A DNA stretch of 64,000 nt from an uncultured Thiothrix sp. (GCA_902595225.1 CACJPG010000002.1:1151-65150); one strand, 5' to 3'; positions 25,405-35,423 are shown, counted from the stretch's first letter. Notes: generated from the letters alone by a model not told the origin. Numbers and translations: made by a program.

Positions 25405-25887
25405 ATGAAATATTTAATAACAGTAATTTTCTTATTAATAAGTGCTGCATCAATTGCACAAGATAAAATTGATATTATTATTGTCAAAAAATCTGAAAGA
25501 ATTCTTTATGCAGTAAAAGACGATAAAATTATAAAAAAATATGATATTGCAATCGGACAAAATCCTGAAGGCCACAAATTGAAAGAAGGTGATAAAAAGA
25601 CGCCCGAGGGTTATTACTTTATAGATGGTAAAAATCCAAAAAGTAAATTTTTTTTATCGCTACATATGTCCTATCCAAATTTTCATGATAAAAAAGTTGC
25701 TGAAAAAAACAACCTTAACCCCGGAAGCCACATTGCAATTCATGGCTTGCCATCATTATCTATTCTTTCTCAGTATTTATATAATGGTTCAGATTGGACA
25801 GATGGATGTATAGCCTTAAATAATAGCGATATGAAGGAGTTATGGGATATGTCTGATGAAGGTATCCAGATTTTGATTAAGCCGTAA
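25405..25887 (+). CDS. L,D-transpeptidase-fold (YkuD domain, YafK-like) periplasmic protein
   Basis: Signal peptide. Catalytic His/Cys blocks IAIHG and WTDGCIAL. Confidence 0.75.
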   Translation: MKYLITVIFLLISAASIAQDKIDIIIVKKSERILYAVKDDKIIKKYDIAIGQNPEGHKLKEGDKKTPEGYYFIDGKNPKSKFFLSLHMSYPNFHDKKVAEKNNLNPGSHIAIHGLPSLSILSQYLYNGSDWTDGCIALNNSDMKELWDMSDEGIQILIKP

Positions 25888-27154
25888 TTTTATTCTTGTA
25901 AAAATAATATGAAATTAAAATTGCTGGTATTCCAATAGCAGCAGAGGCCAAAAATAATCCAGAGTAGCCAAATGCTTCTTGGAAAAGGCCTGAAAATCCA
26001 GCTAGAATTTTTCCAGGTATCATCAGCAATCCAAATAAAGCGGCGTATTGAAGTCCAGCGTATGCCTTATTTGTTAAAGAAGACAAATAAGCTATCATTA
26101 GTGTTCCGGCAAATCCTGAGGTAAAATTATCTAGAGCTATTGTCGCTATAAATAAATCCATATTTTTTTCGTTAATTGACATTAAGAAAAACATTAATGT
26201 TGTTGAAGCTATCATTATAGAACCAAAAAGAAGAGCATTTATACCACCTATTTTTTTCCAAAGAATTCCTCCAATTATTACACCTACAATTGACATTATT
26301 ACTCCGAATGTTTTTGCAACATATGCTATTTCTGTCAAAGTGAAACCAATATCTTTGTAAAAAGGCATGGCCATTGGCGCCATTGATAAGTCACTGGCTC
26401 TGTATAACAAAATTAACATTATTATTAAAACCGCATTTTTATGTCTTAATAATAAATCTCTTAAAGGCTCAATATATAATGCAAAAAGGAGATTACCTTT
26501 AATCTCTAGTTTTTTTGCAGTTTCACTTGGTTCTGGCGCTAATATTGTTGAGAATACTCCGACCATCATTAAAGCAGCCATAAACTTATATGAGATTTCA
26601 AATGAATAGTTATCTGCAATAACTAAAGCAAATGCCCCTGATGTGATCAATGCAATTCTATAACCAAGCTGATAAGAGGCGCCTAAAATTCCTTGTTCTT
26701 CTTTTTTGCCGATTTCAATTCTATAGGCATCTAAAGCGACATCTTGTGTTGCAGAGAAAAAAGCCACAAGAAAAGCAAAAAAAGAAAATAATAATAGATT
26801 TTCAGAATTAGGAGTAATGTTCGCAAGCATAAATATAGATACACCTGTCATAATCTGAGAAAAAATTAACCAACTTCTCCTTCTACCAAAAAAGATGTTA
26901 AAAAGAGGAAGATTAAAACGGTCCAAAAAAGGGGCCCATGAAAATTTAAGAGTATAAGTAATAGCAACCCAACTAATAAATCCAATCGTTACATTTTCAA
27001 CGTTTGCTTCTTTTAACCAAGCCTGCAAAGTTGAAAAAACTAGCAGAAAAGGCAAACCTGCCGAAAATCCTAGAGTTAGTAATATGAATACTTTTTTGCT
27101 CAATACTGCATGTATAGTATTTTTCCAAGATGGTTTGTTTGATAAATTTTCCAT
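25877..27154 (-). CDS. ampG: AmpG-family muropeptide permease (MFS)
   Basis: 12-TM MFS with GFSAGLPFLLVFSTLQAWL and FGRRRSW blocks typical of AmpG. Confidence 0.85.
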   Translation of the reverse strand: MENLSNKPSWKNTIHAVLSKKVFILLTLGFSAGLPFLLVFSTLQAWLKEANVENVTIGFISWVAITYTLKFSWAPFLDRFNLPLFNIFFGRRRSWLIFSQIMTGVSIFMLANITPNSENLLLFSFFAFLVAFFSATQDVALDAYRIEIGKKEEQGILGASYQLGYRIALITSGAFALVIADNYSFEISYKFMAALMMVGVFSTILAPEPSETAKKLEIKGNLLFALYIEPLRDLLLRHKNAVLIIMLILLYRASDLSMAPMAMPFYKDIGFTLTEIAYVAKTFGVIMSIVGVIIGGILWKKIGGINALLFGSIMIASTTLMFFLMSINEKNMDLFIATIALDNFTSGFAGTLMIAYLSSLTNKAYAGLQYAALFGLLMIPGKILAGFSGLFQEAFGYSGLFLASAAIGIPAILISYYFYKNKITA

Positions 27155-27921
27155 TACATTTTATAAGAGATTATTAGTGGAGCATGATCAGAAAAAAATT
27201 TATTTTTATATATTTTTTCACTTTTAATTTTGTCTTTTAAATTTCCCGAAATTATCTGGTAGTCTATTCTCCAACCAACGTTCTTCTCTCTTGCATTCCC
27301 CCTGTTGGACCACCAGGTATATTCATCTTCATTTTGATTAATACTTCTAAAAGCGTCTATGAACTTATCATCCGCAAATAAATCATCAAGCCACGCTCTT
27401 TCTTCGGGGAGAAAACCAGAATTTTTTTTATTTCCTTTCCAATTTTTTAAATCTATTTCTTTGTGAGCAATATTCCAATCGCCACATATTATTAACTTTC
27501 TTTTTGTTTTTAAAAGTCTCATTAAATGTTTTTTAAAAGACTTTAAGAATCTAAATTTTGCAGATTGTCTTTCATCGCCGGACGATCCTGATGGTGCATA
27601 TAAAGAAATTACAGAAAGATTACCAAATCTTGCTTCAATATATCTCCCCTCTTTATCAAATTCTTGATCGCCGTATTCATATATAATTTTATCGGGTTTC
27701 TTCCTAGAATGAATTGATACTCCGCTATATCCTTTTTTTTCTGCGCATTTTAAATAAGAGAATGTGTTTTTGGTAAACATAGTCTTTAAATCAATTTGGT
27801 CTGGTTGTGCTTTAAGCTCCTGTAAACATAAGATGTCAGCACGCTGGCTTTTTAACCAATCAAAGAAACCTTTGTTGAAAGCACTTCTAATCCCATTAAC
27901 ATTACATGTTACTATTTTCAT
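27154..27921 (-). CDS. xthA: exodeoxyribonuclease III
   Basis: MKIVTCNVNGIRSA, LCLQELK, GDWNIAH, SDHAPL EEP-family motifs. Confidence 0.9.
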   Translation of the reverse strand: MKIVTCNVNGIRSAFNKGFFDWLKSQRADILCLQELKAQPDQIDLKTMFTKNTFSYLKCAEKKGYSGVSIHSRKKPDKIIYEYGDQEFDKEGRYIEARFGNLSVISLYAPSGSSGDERQSAKFRFLKSFKKHLMRLLKTKRKLIICGDWNIAHKEIDLKNWKGNKKNSGFLPEERAWLDDLFADDKFIDAFRSINQNEDEYTWWSNRGNAREKNVGWRIDYQIISGNLKDKIKSEKIYKNKFFSDHAPLIISYKM

Positions 27922-27980
27922 AATATTTATAATTTTTAAGATATAATGTATTGATTCTATAATAACACTTTTACATTACA

Positions 27981-28619
27981 ATGGATTATAAAAAGACCTT
28001 CATAAAACTATGTATTGAAAAAGAAGCTTTAAAATTTGGCAAGTTTGAGCTTAAATCAGGAAGAACAAGCCCATTTTTTTTTAATAGTGGTGTATTTACG
28101 GACGGTCAATCTATCGATTTAATTTCAGAATTATTCCTACAAATTATTAAAGAAAAAAAAATTAATTTTACGAATATTTTCGGTCCAGCATATAAAGGAA
28201 TTCCTCTGGCAACAGGATTAGCACAAATTATGTTTAAGAATAACATGGGCGTTGTTAACTATGTTTTTGACAGGAAAGATGAAAAAAAACATGGTGAGGG
28301 AGGAGAGCTTGTTGGAACTTTTTTGCCGGGTAACACAATAATTGTAGATGACGTAATAACGGCAGGTACAGCAATAAAAAAATCTTTGGAAAATCTAGAA
28401 AAGTATAAAATTCAAATAAAAGATCTTATGGTCCTGCTTGACAGAAAAGAGAAGGGAACATCTTCTAAGGCAGCTTCAGAAGAAATAAAAATACAATATA
28501 ATATTAATGTTTACAGCATCATTACTATTCACGACATTTTAGAATACATAGAAGATAATTCTGAATTCAGCCAACATAAATCTGATGTAGAGAAATATAT
28601 AGCAAATTTTGGTATCTAA
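27981..28619 (+). CDS. pyrE: orotate phosphoribosyltransferase
   Basis: FGKFELKSGRTSPFFFN, GPAYKGIPLA, PRPP loop IIVDDVITAGTA. Confidence 0.94.
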   Translation: MDYKKTFIKLCIEKEALKFGKFELKSGRTSPFFFNSGVFTDGQSIDLISELFLQIIKEKKINFTNIFGPAYKGIPLATGLAQIMFKNNMGVVNYVFDRKDEKKHGEGGELVGTFLPGNTIIVDDVITAGTAIKKSLENLEKYKIQIKDLMVLLDRKEKGTSSKAASEEIKIQYNINVYSIITIHDILEYIEDNSEFSQHKSDVEKYIANFGI

Positions 28620-28677
28620 ATAAAAGCTCTAAATGGCATATTTTTTGCATTATATCTAGTAAAAGCCTATAGGTATA

Positions 28678-30084
28678 ATGTTTAATGAAGTATACGAAAA
28701 ACGTAGAATAAGATCTGTCTACTCCCCAGTAATAAATTGGGCAAAATCCTTGCCTGAGAGCACTATTTTAAAAAGAAAAAGCGAGGCAGAAAATCTTTTC
28801 AAAAAAATTGGAATAACTTTTTCAGTTTACAATAACTATGATACTTCAGAAAGACTTATTCCGTTTGATATGTTCCCAAGAATTCTTAGCAAAACAGAAT
28901 GGAAAAAAATTCAAAGTGGTGTTGTGCAAAGATCAATGGCTCTAAATGCATTTTTAAATGATATATATAATGATGGTGAAATTATAAAAGCAAAGGTCGT
29001 GCCGGCAGATTTGATTTATAAAAACCCCGCATATGAAATAAAAATGGTTGGGTTTAAAGTACCGAAAAAAATATATAGCCCAATAATTGGAACAGATATT
29101 ATTAGAGAAGATAAAAGAAACTTTAAAGTCTTGGAAGATAATTGTCGAACTCCATCAGGAGTCTCATATATGATAGAAAATAGAGAGATTATGATGAGGA
29201 TGTTTCCAGAATTATTTCAATCTTTGAAAATTGAACCAGTTGAAAATTATCCTGAAATCCTACTGAATACTTTGAAGAGCCTAACTCCTAAAAATTGTTC
29301 AAAAAATCGCAATATCGTAATTCTTACACCTGGCCCACTAAATAGCGCTTATTATGAACACAGTTTTCTGGCTGACATGATGGGCGTTGAATTAGTTCAA
29401 GGATCAGATTTGTATGTTGACCAAGGCATAACCTATATGAAAACAACAAGAGGCAGAGAAAAAGTCGATATTATTTATCGTAGAATTGATGATAATTTTA
29501 TTGACCCAATTACATTCGATAGAAATTCATGTATTGGGGTTCCAGGGTTATTTGATTCCTATAAATCAGGTAATGTAAATATATGCTCAGCGCCAGGATC
29601 AGGAATTGCTGATGACAAAGCAATATATACATACATGCCTGAAATAATAAAATTTTATTTAGGAGAAGAACCGATTCTTGAAAATATTAAAACATGGAGA
29701 TGTAGTGAAAAAAAAGATTTAGAGTATGTTGTAAAAAATTTAAAGAATTTAGTTGTCAAGGAAGTTCATGGTTCTGGTGGATATGGAATGTTAATAGGGA
29801 GTCATGCGACGAATAAACAAATATCTCATTTCAAAACAAAAATTAAGAATAATCCAAGTAATTATATCGCTCAACCAATAATAAGTCTTTCTTCGGTACC
29901 AATATTTAATAAAAAATCTTTATCACCTAGGCATGTTGATTTAAGACCATTTTGCCTTGTTGGAAGTAATTCGGTTAATTTGGTAAACGGGGCTCTTACG
30001 AGAGTTGCATTAAAAGAAGGATCACTTGTTGTTAATTCGTCTCAAGGTGGAGGCGTAAAAGATACGTGGGTCATGACAGAGTAA
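28678..30084 (+). CDS. circularly permuted type-2 ATP-grasp protein
   Basis: 468 aa. Architecture and blocks (EDNCRTPSGVSYM, VVKEVHGSGGYGMLIG, VDLRPF) fit the DUF404/DUF407 CP_ATPgrasp family. First gene of the conserved triad with alpha-E and transglutaminase. Confidence 0.8.
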   Translation: MFNEVYEKRRIRSVYSPVINWAKSLPESTILKRKSEAENLFKKIGITFSVYNNYDTSERLIPFDMFPRILSKTEWKKIQSGVVQRSMALNAFLNDIYNDGEIIKAKVVPADLIYKNPAYEIKMVGFKVPKKIYSPIIGTDIIREDKRNFKVLEDNCRTPSGVSYMIENREIMMRMFPELFQSLKIEPVENYPEILLNTLKSLTPKNCSKNRNIVILTPGPLNSAYYEHSFLADMMGVELVQGSDLYVDQGITYMKTTRGREKVDIIYRRIDDNFIDPITFDRNSCIGVPGLFDSYKSGNVNICSAPGSGIADDKAIYTYMPEIIKFYLGEEPILENIKTWRCSEKKDLEYVVKNLKNLVVKEVHGSGGYGMLIGSHATNKQISHFKTKIKNNPSNYIAQPIISLSSVPIFNKKSLSPRHVDLRPFCLVGSNSVNLVNGALTRVALKEGSLVVNSSQGGGVKDTWVMTE

Positions 30085-30087
30085 ATT

Positions 30088-31044
30088 ATGCTAAGTAGAA
30101 CTGCAGAAAATTTATATTGGACATCGAGATATATTGAAAGAGCGGATTCAATTGCTAGATTATTAGAGGTTGCGTATCGAATTAATCTTATACCCAATAC
30201 ATCTAGAACACAGAATGAGTGGACTTCTATTTTAGAAACTTCTGGCATTAAAGATGAATATATTCTTCATTACAAAGAAAATTTTAAAAAAGATAAAATT
30301 GAAAATTTTTTAATATTTGACGAAAAAAATGGCTCGTCTATTTTTGAATGTATACGAAAAGCGAGATCAAATATTAAGATGGTAAGGACTGCAGTAACTC
30401 TTGAAGTTTGGAATGCAGTTAATAGCACATTTCATGATATAGAAAAATTTAGTGAAAAAAAATACTCCTCGAGAGATTTGCCTGGGATAATAGATTTTGT
30501 TAAAAGTCGTGTGAATTTAATTAGGGGAACAATTCAAAATACGCAATTAATAGATGATACATTTGATTTTCTATCTATAGGAACATATGTAGAGAGAGCC
30601 GATTTTACAGCAAGAATAATAGACGTAAAATATTTCATACTTTTGCCAAGCAGTAATTATGTTGGCTCACAAATTGATAACTTTCAATGGACATTGATGC
30701 TCAGGTCTGTTTCAGCTTATAGAGGTTTTAAGCAAACATATGGAAATAATGGAGTAAACCATATGAATATTATTGAATTTCTTATTCTAGATATGACTTG
30801 CCCACGTTCTCTAATGTTTTCATTGGATAAAATTAACTCTCATCTAACCAATTTAAAGAAAATTTATAAAAAAAACTCAAAGGCGGAGGAAGAAATTAGC
30901 TTAATTGTTAAAAAATTTAAAAAACTTTCGGCAAAAAAAATATTGAATATAGGTTTACATGAGTTTTTATTAGAGTTTATAAGAAAATTATATTCTGTTA
31001 ATAGCAATTTACAAAATAACTATTTTTTTGGGAAAGAAAAATGA
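30088..31044 (+). CDS. alpha-E domain protein (DUF403)
   Basis: MLSRTAENLYWTSRYIERAD... and a second ERAD-type helix (GTYVERADFTARIIDV). Always follows the CP ATP-grasp gene in this operon type. Confidence 0.78.
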   Translation: MLSRTAENLYWTSRYIERADSIARLLEVAYRINLIPNTSRTQNEWTSILETSGIKDEYILHYKENFKKDKIENFLIFDEKNGSSIFECIRKARSNIKMVRTAVTLEVWNAVNSTFHDIEKFSEKKYSSRDLPGIIDFVKSRVNLIRGTIQNTQLIDDTFDFLSIGTYVERADFTARIIDVKYFILLPSSNYVGSQIDNFQWTLMLRSVSAYRGFKQTYGNNGVNHMNIIEFLILDMTCPRSLMFSLDKINSHLTNLKKIYKKNSKAEEEISLIVKKFKKLSAKKILNIGLHEFLLEFIRKLYSVNSNLQNNYFFGKEK

Positions 31045-31850
31045 AGATCAGTATAAACCACAAAACTACTTATAATTTTAGTTCAAATGTACCAAAGCTG
31101 ATGCAGTCTATTAGGCTCTACCCAAGTAATTGTAAAAATCAAAAGACAATAAGCTGGTCTATAAAATCTGATAAAGGAATGATCACAGAGTCACATAGTG
31201 ATGCATTGGGACATAAAATCTTTAACATTTATAATAAAGAAATTATAGGTAGCCAAACAATTATATCAAAAGGAATTGTTGAAACTAAAGACACTTCTGG
31301 TGTGTTAAAAGGCTTGAAAGAAAAAGTTAATACCTTATGCTTTTTAAGAGATACAGAACTAACTAAAGCATGTAGAAAAATTGATCTTCTCTCAAAAAAA
31401 TTGAGTAAGAATAAAAGTAATGAAATCTTATTTTGTCATCAAATGAACAGTGTTGTTTCACAATCAATAAAGTATATATCAGGCTCGACATCAATTTATA
31501 CCTCAGCAAGTGACTCTATAAGTCAAGGATCGGGTGTTTGTCAAGACTTCGCTCATATACTTATAAGTCTTGCAAGAAAAAATAATTTTCCAGCAAGATA
31601 CATAAGTGGTTTTTTAATGGAAGAAAATGGTAATGCTGAACAAGCAACTCATGCATGGGTAGAAATATTTATAAATGACCTTGGCTGGGTTGGTTTTGAC
31701 CCTTCGCACAATAAATGCATTGATGAAGGTTACGTTAGAGTGTGCTGCGGTCTTGATTCACTTGACTCTTCAATGATTAAAGGTGTAAAAACTAATTTTA
31801 ATGGAGATGAAAATTTAAAAGTTGATGTGTCAATTAGTAACTGCCAGTAA
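31041..31850 (+). CDS. transglutaminase-like cysteine peptidase-fold protein
   Basis: Bact_transglu_N-like start (KISINHKTTYNFS...RLYP). Catalytic triad blocks GVCQDFAH, THAWVE, GFDPSH. Confidence 0.85.
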   Translation: MKISINHKTTYNFSSNVPKLMQSIRLYPSNCKNQKTISWSIKSDKGMITESHSDALGHKIFNIYNKEIIGSQTIISKGIVETKDTSGVLKGLKEKVNTLCFLRDTELTKACRKIDLLSKKLSKNKSNEILFCHQMNSVVSQSIKYISGSTSIYTSASDSISQGSGVCQDFAHILISLARKNNFPARYISGFLMEENGNAEQATHAWVEIFINDLGWVGFDPSHNKCIDEGYVRVCCGLDSLDSSMIKGVKTNFNGDENLKVDVSISNCQ

Positions 31851-32663
31851 CTTTTCGTATAATCGCTTTGTAACATTTGGCCTAATTCCTTCCCATATGA
31901 AAAAAGACTCTGCCGCCTGTTCAATCAACATTCCTAGGCCATCATAAAAAATTAGCTGATTTTCTTTTGCGAAATTCATAAAATTTTTTGCAGCTGCTCC
32001 ATAAGATAAGTCATAGCATATAGAGCCTTTTTCAAAAATTCCTTCTGGAACTTCGAAATTTTCTGAACTCATGCCTTGAGATGTAGCATTTATAACTAAA
32101 TCAAATTTATTTTTTTCAATATTTTCCTTGTCTAATATAGATATATCGCCAAGAATTGAAAATTTTTCTATTACTTTATTTGCATTTTCGTATGTTCTAT
32201 TATAAATCTTTATACTTGATGGTTTTTTAAGAAAAATACTTGGAATTATTCCCTTTGATGCCCCTCCAGCACCTAATATAAGTATTCTTTTATCCTTTAT
32301 ATAAAAATCTTTATTTTTCTCAAGATCAGAAATAAATCCTATTCCATCTGTTGAATCACCAAAAAAAATTCCTTCATTTTTATAAATCGTATTTACTGAT
32401 CCGGTTATTTTTGCTAATTCAGAACTTTGTTGAACATAGTCGAAAGCATTTTGTTTAAAAGGCAATGTTACATTGCATCCTAAGCCACCTTCATCAAAAA
32501 ATTTATTAACTGCCTCAGGGAAACCATCTAAATTAGCTTTTATTTTGATATATGATAAATCTATACCTAAATCTTTAGCAAAGTGTTTGTGAATTTCAGG
32601 TGATAAGCTGTGGTCTATTGGATTTCCAATAACAGCATATTTTTTTAATTCTTGTTCAGCCAT
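31830..32663 (-). CDS. aroE: shikimate dehydrogenase
   Basis: GNPIDHSLSP, NVTLPFK, GAGGASKG NADP loop. Confidence 0.92.
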   Translation of the reverse strand: MAEQELKKYAVIGNPIDHSLSPEIHKHFAKDLGIDLSYIKIKANLDGFPEAVNKFFDEGGLGCNVTLPFKQNAFDYVQQSSELAKITGSVNTIYKNEGIFFGDSTDGIGFISDLEKNKDFYIKDKRILILGAGGASKGIIPSIFLKKPSSIKIYNRTYENANKVIEKFSILGDISILDKENIEKNKFDLVINATSQGMSSENFEVPEGIFEKGSICYDLSYGAAAKNFMNFAKENQLIFYDGLGMLIEQAAESFFIWEGIRPNVTKRLYEKLLAVTN

Positions 32664-33664
32664 TTAATTATTTCAGGTGTATAGTAAGTGAGCACTGCAT
32701 TACATCCTGCTCTCTTAAAACAGTACATTGCTTCAAGAACTGAAGATTCCTCATCAATATATTTTTTTAATGCAGCACTTTTAATCATAGAATATTCGCC
32801 ACTTACATGATAAGAAAAGACTGGGACTGAACACTCTCTTTTAATCTTAGAAACAATATCTAGGTATGGCAAGCCTGGTTTAATTATCACCATATCTGCG
32901 CCTTCATTAATATCAAGTTTTATTTCTAATGATGCTTCTGTGATATTTGCAAAATCCATTTGATAGGTTTCTTTTGATGACTCAGAAAGATTTTTTCTTG
33001 AGTCAATAGCGTCTCTAAAAGGCCCATAAAAATTTGATGCATACTTTGCGGCGTAAGATAAAATTTTTGTATTGTAAAATTTATTTTTTTCCAAAGCCTG
33101 TCTAATTTCTAAAACTCTTCCATCCATCATATCTGAAGGAGCAACTATATCTGAACCTGCCTCGGCATGAGATAACGCCTGTTTTTTTAGAACCCCAACG
33201 GTCTTATCATTTATGACATAACCATTTTTATCAATCAAACCATCATGCCCACTTAACGTATATGGATCTAGTGCAACATCCGTAATAATTCCAAGGTTAG
33301 GGTATTCTTTTTTTATAGTTCTAACTGCTGTTTGCACTAAGCCTTTTTGGTTATATGCCTCTTTAGCATCTTTAGATTTCTTTTTTGAATCAATGACAGG
33401 AAATATTGCGATTGCATTTAAACCATTCTTATGTAGTTTTTCAATTTTTTTTATAAGAACATCTACAGAATACCTGCTTTTCCCCGGCATAGAATTTATA
33501 GGTTGCTCTTTATTTTTGCCTGGAAGAATGAAAATTGGATAAATTAAATCATCTATTGAAAATGAAGTCTCTCTAACCAAATTTCTAATAAATTTAGCAG
33601 ATCGATTTCTTCTCATTCTTGTATTTGGATAGCTTTTCTTCATAGCGTTTAAGCTGAAATTCAC
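32645..33664 (-). CDS. hemB: porphobilinogen synthase (Asp-rich, Mg-type metal site)
   Basis: RMRRNR, ITDVALDPYTLSGHDG, active-site Lys blocks (MIIKPG, YHVSGEY). Confidence 0.95.
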   Translation of the reverse strand: MNFSLNAMKKSYPNTRMRRNRSAKFIRNLVRETSFSIDDLIYPIFILPGKNKEQPINSMPGKSRYSVDVLIKKIEKLHKNGLNAIAIFPVIDSKKKSKDAKEAYNQKGLVQTAVRTIKKEYPNLGIITDVALDPYTLSGHDGLIDKNGYVINDKTVGVLKKQALSHAEAGSDIVAPSDMMDGRVLEIRQALEKNKFYNTKILSYAAKYASNFYGPFRDAIDSRKNLSESSKETYQMDFANITEASLEIKLDINEGADMVIIKPGLPYLDIVSKIKRECSVPVFSYHVSGEYSMIKSAALKKYIDEESSVLEAMYCFKRAGCNAVLTYYTPEIIKWLNKN

Positions 33665-33688
33665 TCTTAATAAGCCTATAATATAGAT

Positions 33689-34192
33689 ATGTTCAAAGTA
33701 ATCAAATTAGAAACTTTAGGATTAATTTTAACAACCTCTTCCTTGGTAGTGGCTTTTATTTACTTTGATTTAATTAAAAAACTTGATGCCTGTACGCTAT
33801 GTGTTTTAGATAGATATCTTATTGCCTTTATTGGTATTGTATTTTTTATAATATTAATATCAAAAAGAGGGTTATTTTTTAAAACTCTTGTCTCGTTAAA
33901 TATATTTTTTTGTGCTATTGGAATAGTCAGCACAATCAGACATATTTGGTTACAGATCTTTAAAGACGAGAGTGCCATCGATGGATTTGGTTGTGGAGGA
34001 GGATTTTTTTACTATATATCTACTATGCCTTTTCTAGAAGCAATTAAGAATATTTTTGATAATCCTACACCATGTAATGATATAAAATGGCAACTTTTTG
34101 GTTTATCAATACCGATGTACACATTTATTTTATTTTTAGTTTTAACTATAATATTATTTAAATTATTTTTTGATAAGAGAACAGAAGTATGA
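33689..34192 (+). CDS. dsbB: disulfide bond formation protein B
   Basis: Four TM helices. First periplasmic-loop CxxC (ACTLCVLDRY) and a second Cys pair (GFGCGG ... PTPCND). Confidence 0.7.
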   Translation: MFKVIKLETLGLILTTSSLVVAFIYFDLIKKLDACTLCVLDRYLIAFIGIVFFIILISKRGLFFKTLVSLNIFFCAIGIVSTIRHIWLQIFKDESAIDGFGCGGGFFYYISTMPFLEAIKNIFDNPTPCNDIKWQLFGLSIPMYTFILFLVLTIILFKLFFDKRTEV

Positions 34193-34596
34193 ATAAGCAA
34201 ATTCTTTTTTTAATAATTCTTTTAACCGCTGGTATGGTAAAAGCCGGAAATCATGCGGAACCAACAATTGAGCTTCAAGGTATTGAAAACGGAAAGACGT
34301 ATGAATCACCAATTAAGCTTAATTTTGTTGTTAAAAATATTAAAGTCCTTCCAGCGGGTGTAAAGGAAGAAAATAGTGGTCATCATCACATACTTTTAAA
34401 TTTATCAGAGCTACCAGACCTAAATAGCCCGTTGCCTATGACAAAAAATATAATTCATTTTGGTAAAGGACAAACATCAACCTCTTTAGATCTTGAGCAG
34501 GGTGAGCATACAATTCAGTTACTTTTTGCTGATTATAGTCACACACCGCATAAGGTTCCTTTAATGACTGAAAAGATAACTTTTTATATAAAATAG
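34189..34596 (+). CDS. DUF4399-like periplasmic protein
   Basis: Signal peptide. SGHHHILLN motif and size fit DUF4399. 4-nt overlap with dsbB. Confidence 0.5.
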   Translation: MNKQILFLIILLTAGMVKAGNHAEPTIELQGIENGKTYESPIKLNFVVKNIKVLPAGVKEENSGHHHILLNLSELPDLNSPLPMTKNIIHFGKGQTSTSLDLEQGEHTIQLLFADYSHTPHKVPLMTEKITFYIK

Positions 34597-34614
34597 AAGT
34601 TTCATAGGTGTAAA

Positions 34615-35421
34615 TTGCACAATTCAATAAAAATTTTTTTAATATCTATTATTATTTCGTCTCATGCATATTGTGATGAGTTTTTAATAGTGCAATCAAC
34701 CACATCAACAGCCGATTCAGGATTTTATGATTTTATATTACCAGCTTACGAAGAGAAAACAGGAATTGATATAAGAGTTGTTGCTGTTGGTACTGGTCAA
34801 GCAATAAAAAATGCTGAAAATGGTGACGGAGATTTATTGATTGTTCATTCTGAGGAGGATGAGTCTATATTTATTAATAAAGGATTTGGAATAGCCAGAA
34901 AAAAGTTTATGTACAATGATTTTATTATCGTTGGTCCTGATAATGATCCTTATGATATTAGGAAGGAAAAAAATATAAAAGATGTTTTCAAAACTATTAA
35001 AGAAAAGAAGCTTTTATTTCTAACCAGAGGAGATAATAGCGGAACTCATAAAAGAGAGGTTTTTCTATGGAATCACTCTGGTATAAATACTGAAAATATT
35101 GATCCCAAGTACTATATAGATGTTGGTAAAGGAATGGGTGCTACTTTGAATATGGCTGCAACCATGAATGCATATACTATTACAGATAGGGGAACATGGT
35201 TAAGTTTTAATAATAAACAAGACCTTGGAATATTATTTTCAGAAGTCCCACCTCTGCATAACCAATATAGCGTAATTGTAATTAATCCGGCCAAACATCC
35301 ACACGTAAAATATGATGAAGCAGAAAAATTTTCTAATTGGTTAACTAGCAAGGAAGGTCAGGAGCTAATTGCGAATTTTAAAATAAATGGTCAACAACTA
35401 TTTTTTCCTAATGCCAAGTAA
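34615..35421 (+). CDS. tupA: TupA-like tungstate/molybdate-type periplasmic binding protein (no cognate permease or ATPase adjacent)
   Basis: QSTTSTADSGFYDFILPAYEEKTGIDIRVVAVGTGQAI...GDGDLLIVHS...MYNDFIIVGP closely follows the TupA TTTS..DSGL / VGTGQAL / YNDFV.VGP pattern. TTG start with AGGTG SD. Confidence 0.75.
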   Translation: MHNSIKIFLISIIISSHAYCDEFLIVQSTTSTADSGFYDFILPAYEEKTGIDIRVVAVGTGQAIKNAENGDGDLLIVHSEEDESIFINKGFGIARKKFMYNDFIIVGPDNDPYDIRKEKNIKDVFKTIKEKKLLFLTRGDNSGTHKREVFLWNHSGINTENIDPKYYIDVGKGMGATLNMAATMNAYTITDRGTWLSFNNKQDLGILFSEVPPLHNQYSVIVINPAKHPHVKYDEAEKFSNWLTSKEGQELIANFKINGQQLFFPNAK

Positions 35422-35423
35422 TT

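Noticed and set aside
27154-27921. Two exonuclease III genes (27154-27921 and 57364-58143), considered as a recent duplication.
   Set aside because: The two proteins are highly divergent (XthA-like versus ExoA-like) and share only EEP catalytic motifs. Carrying both paralogues is common in bacteria.
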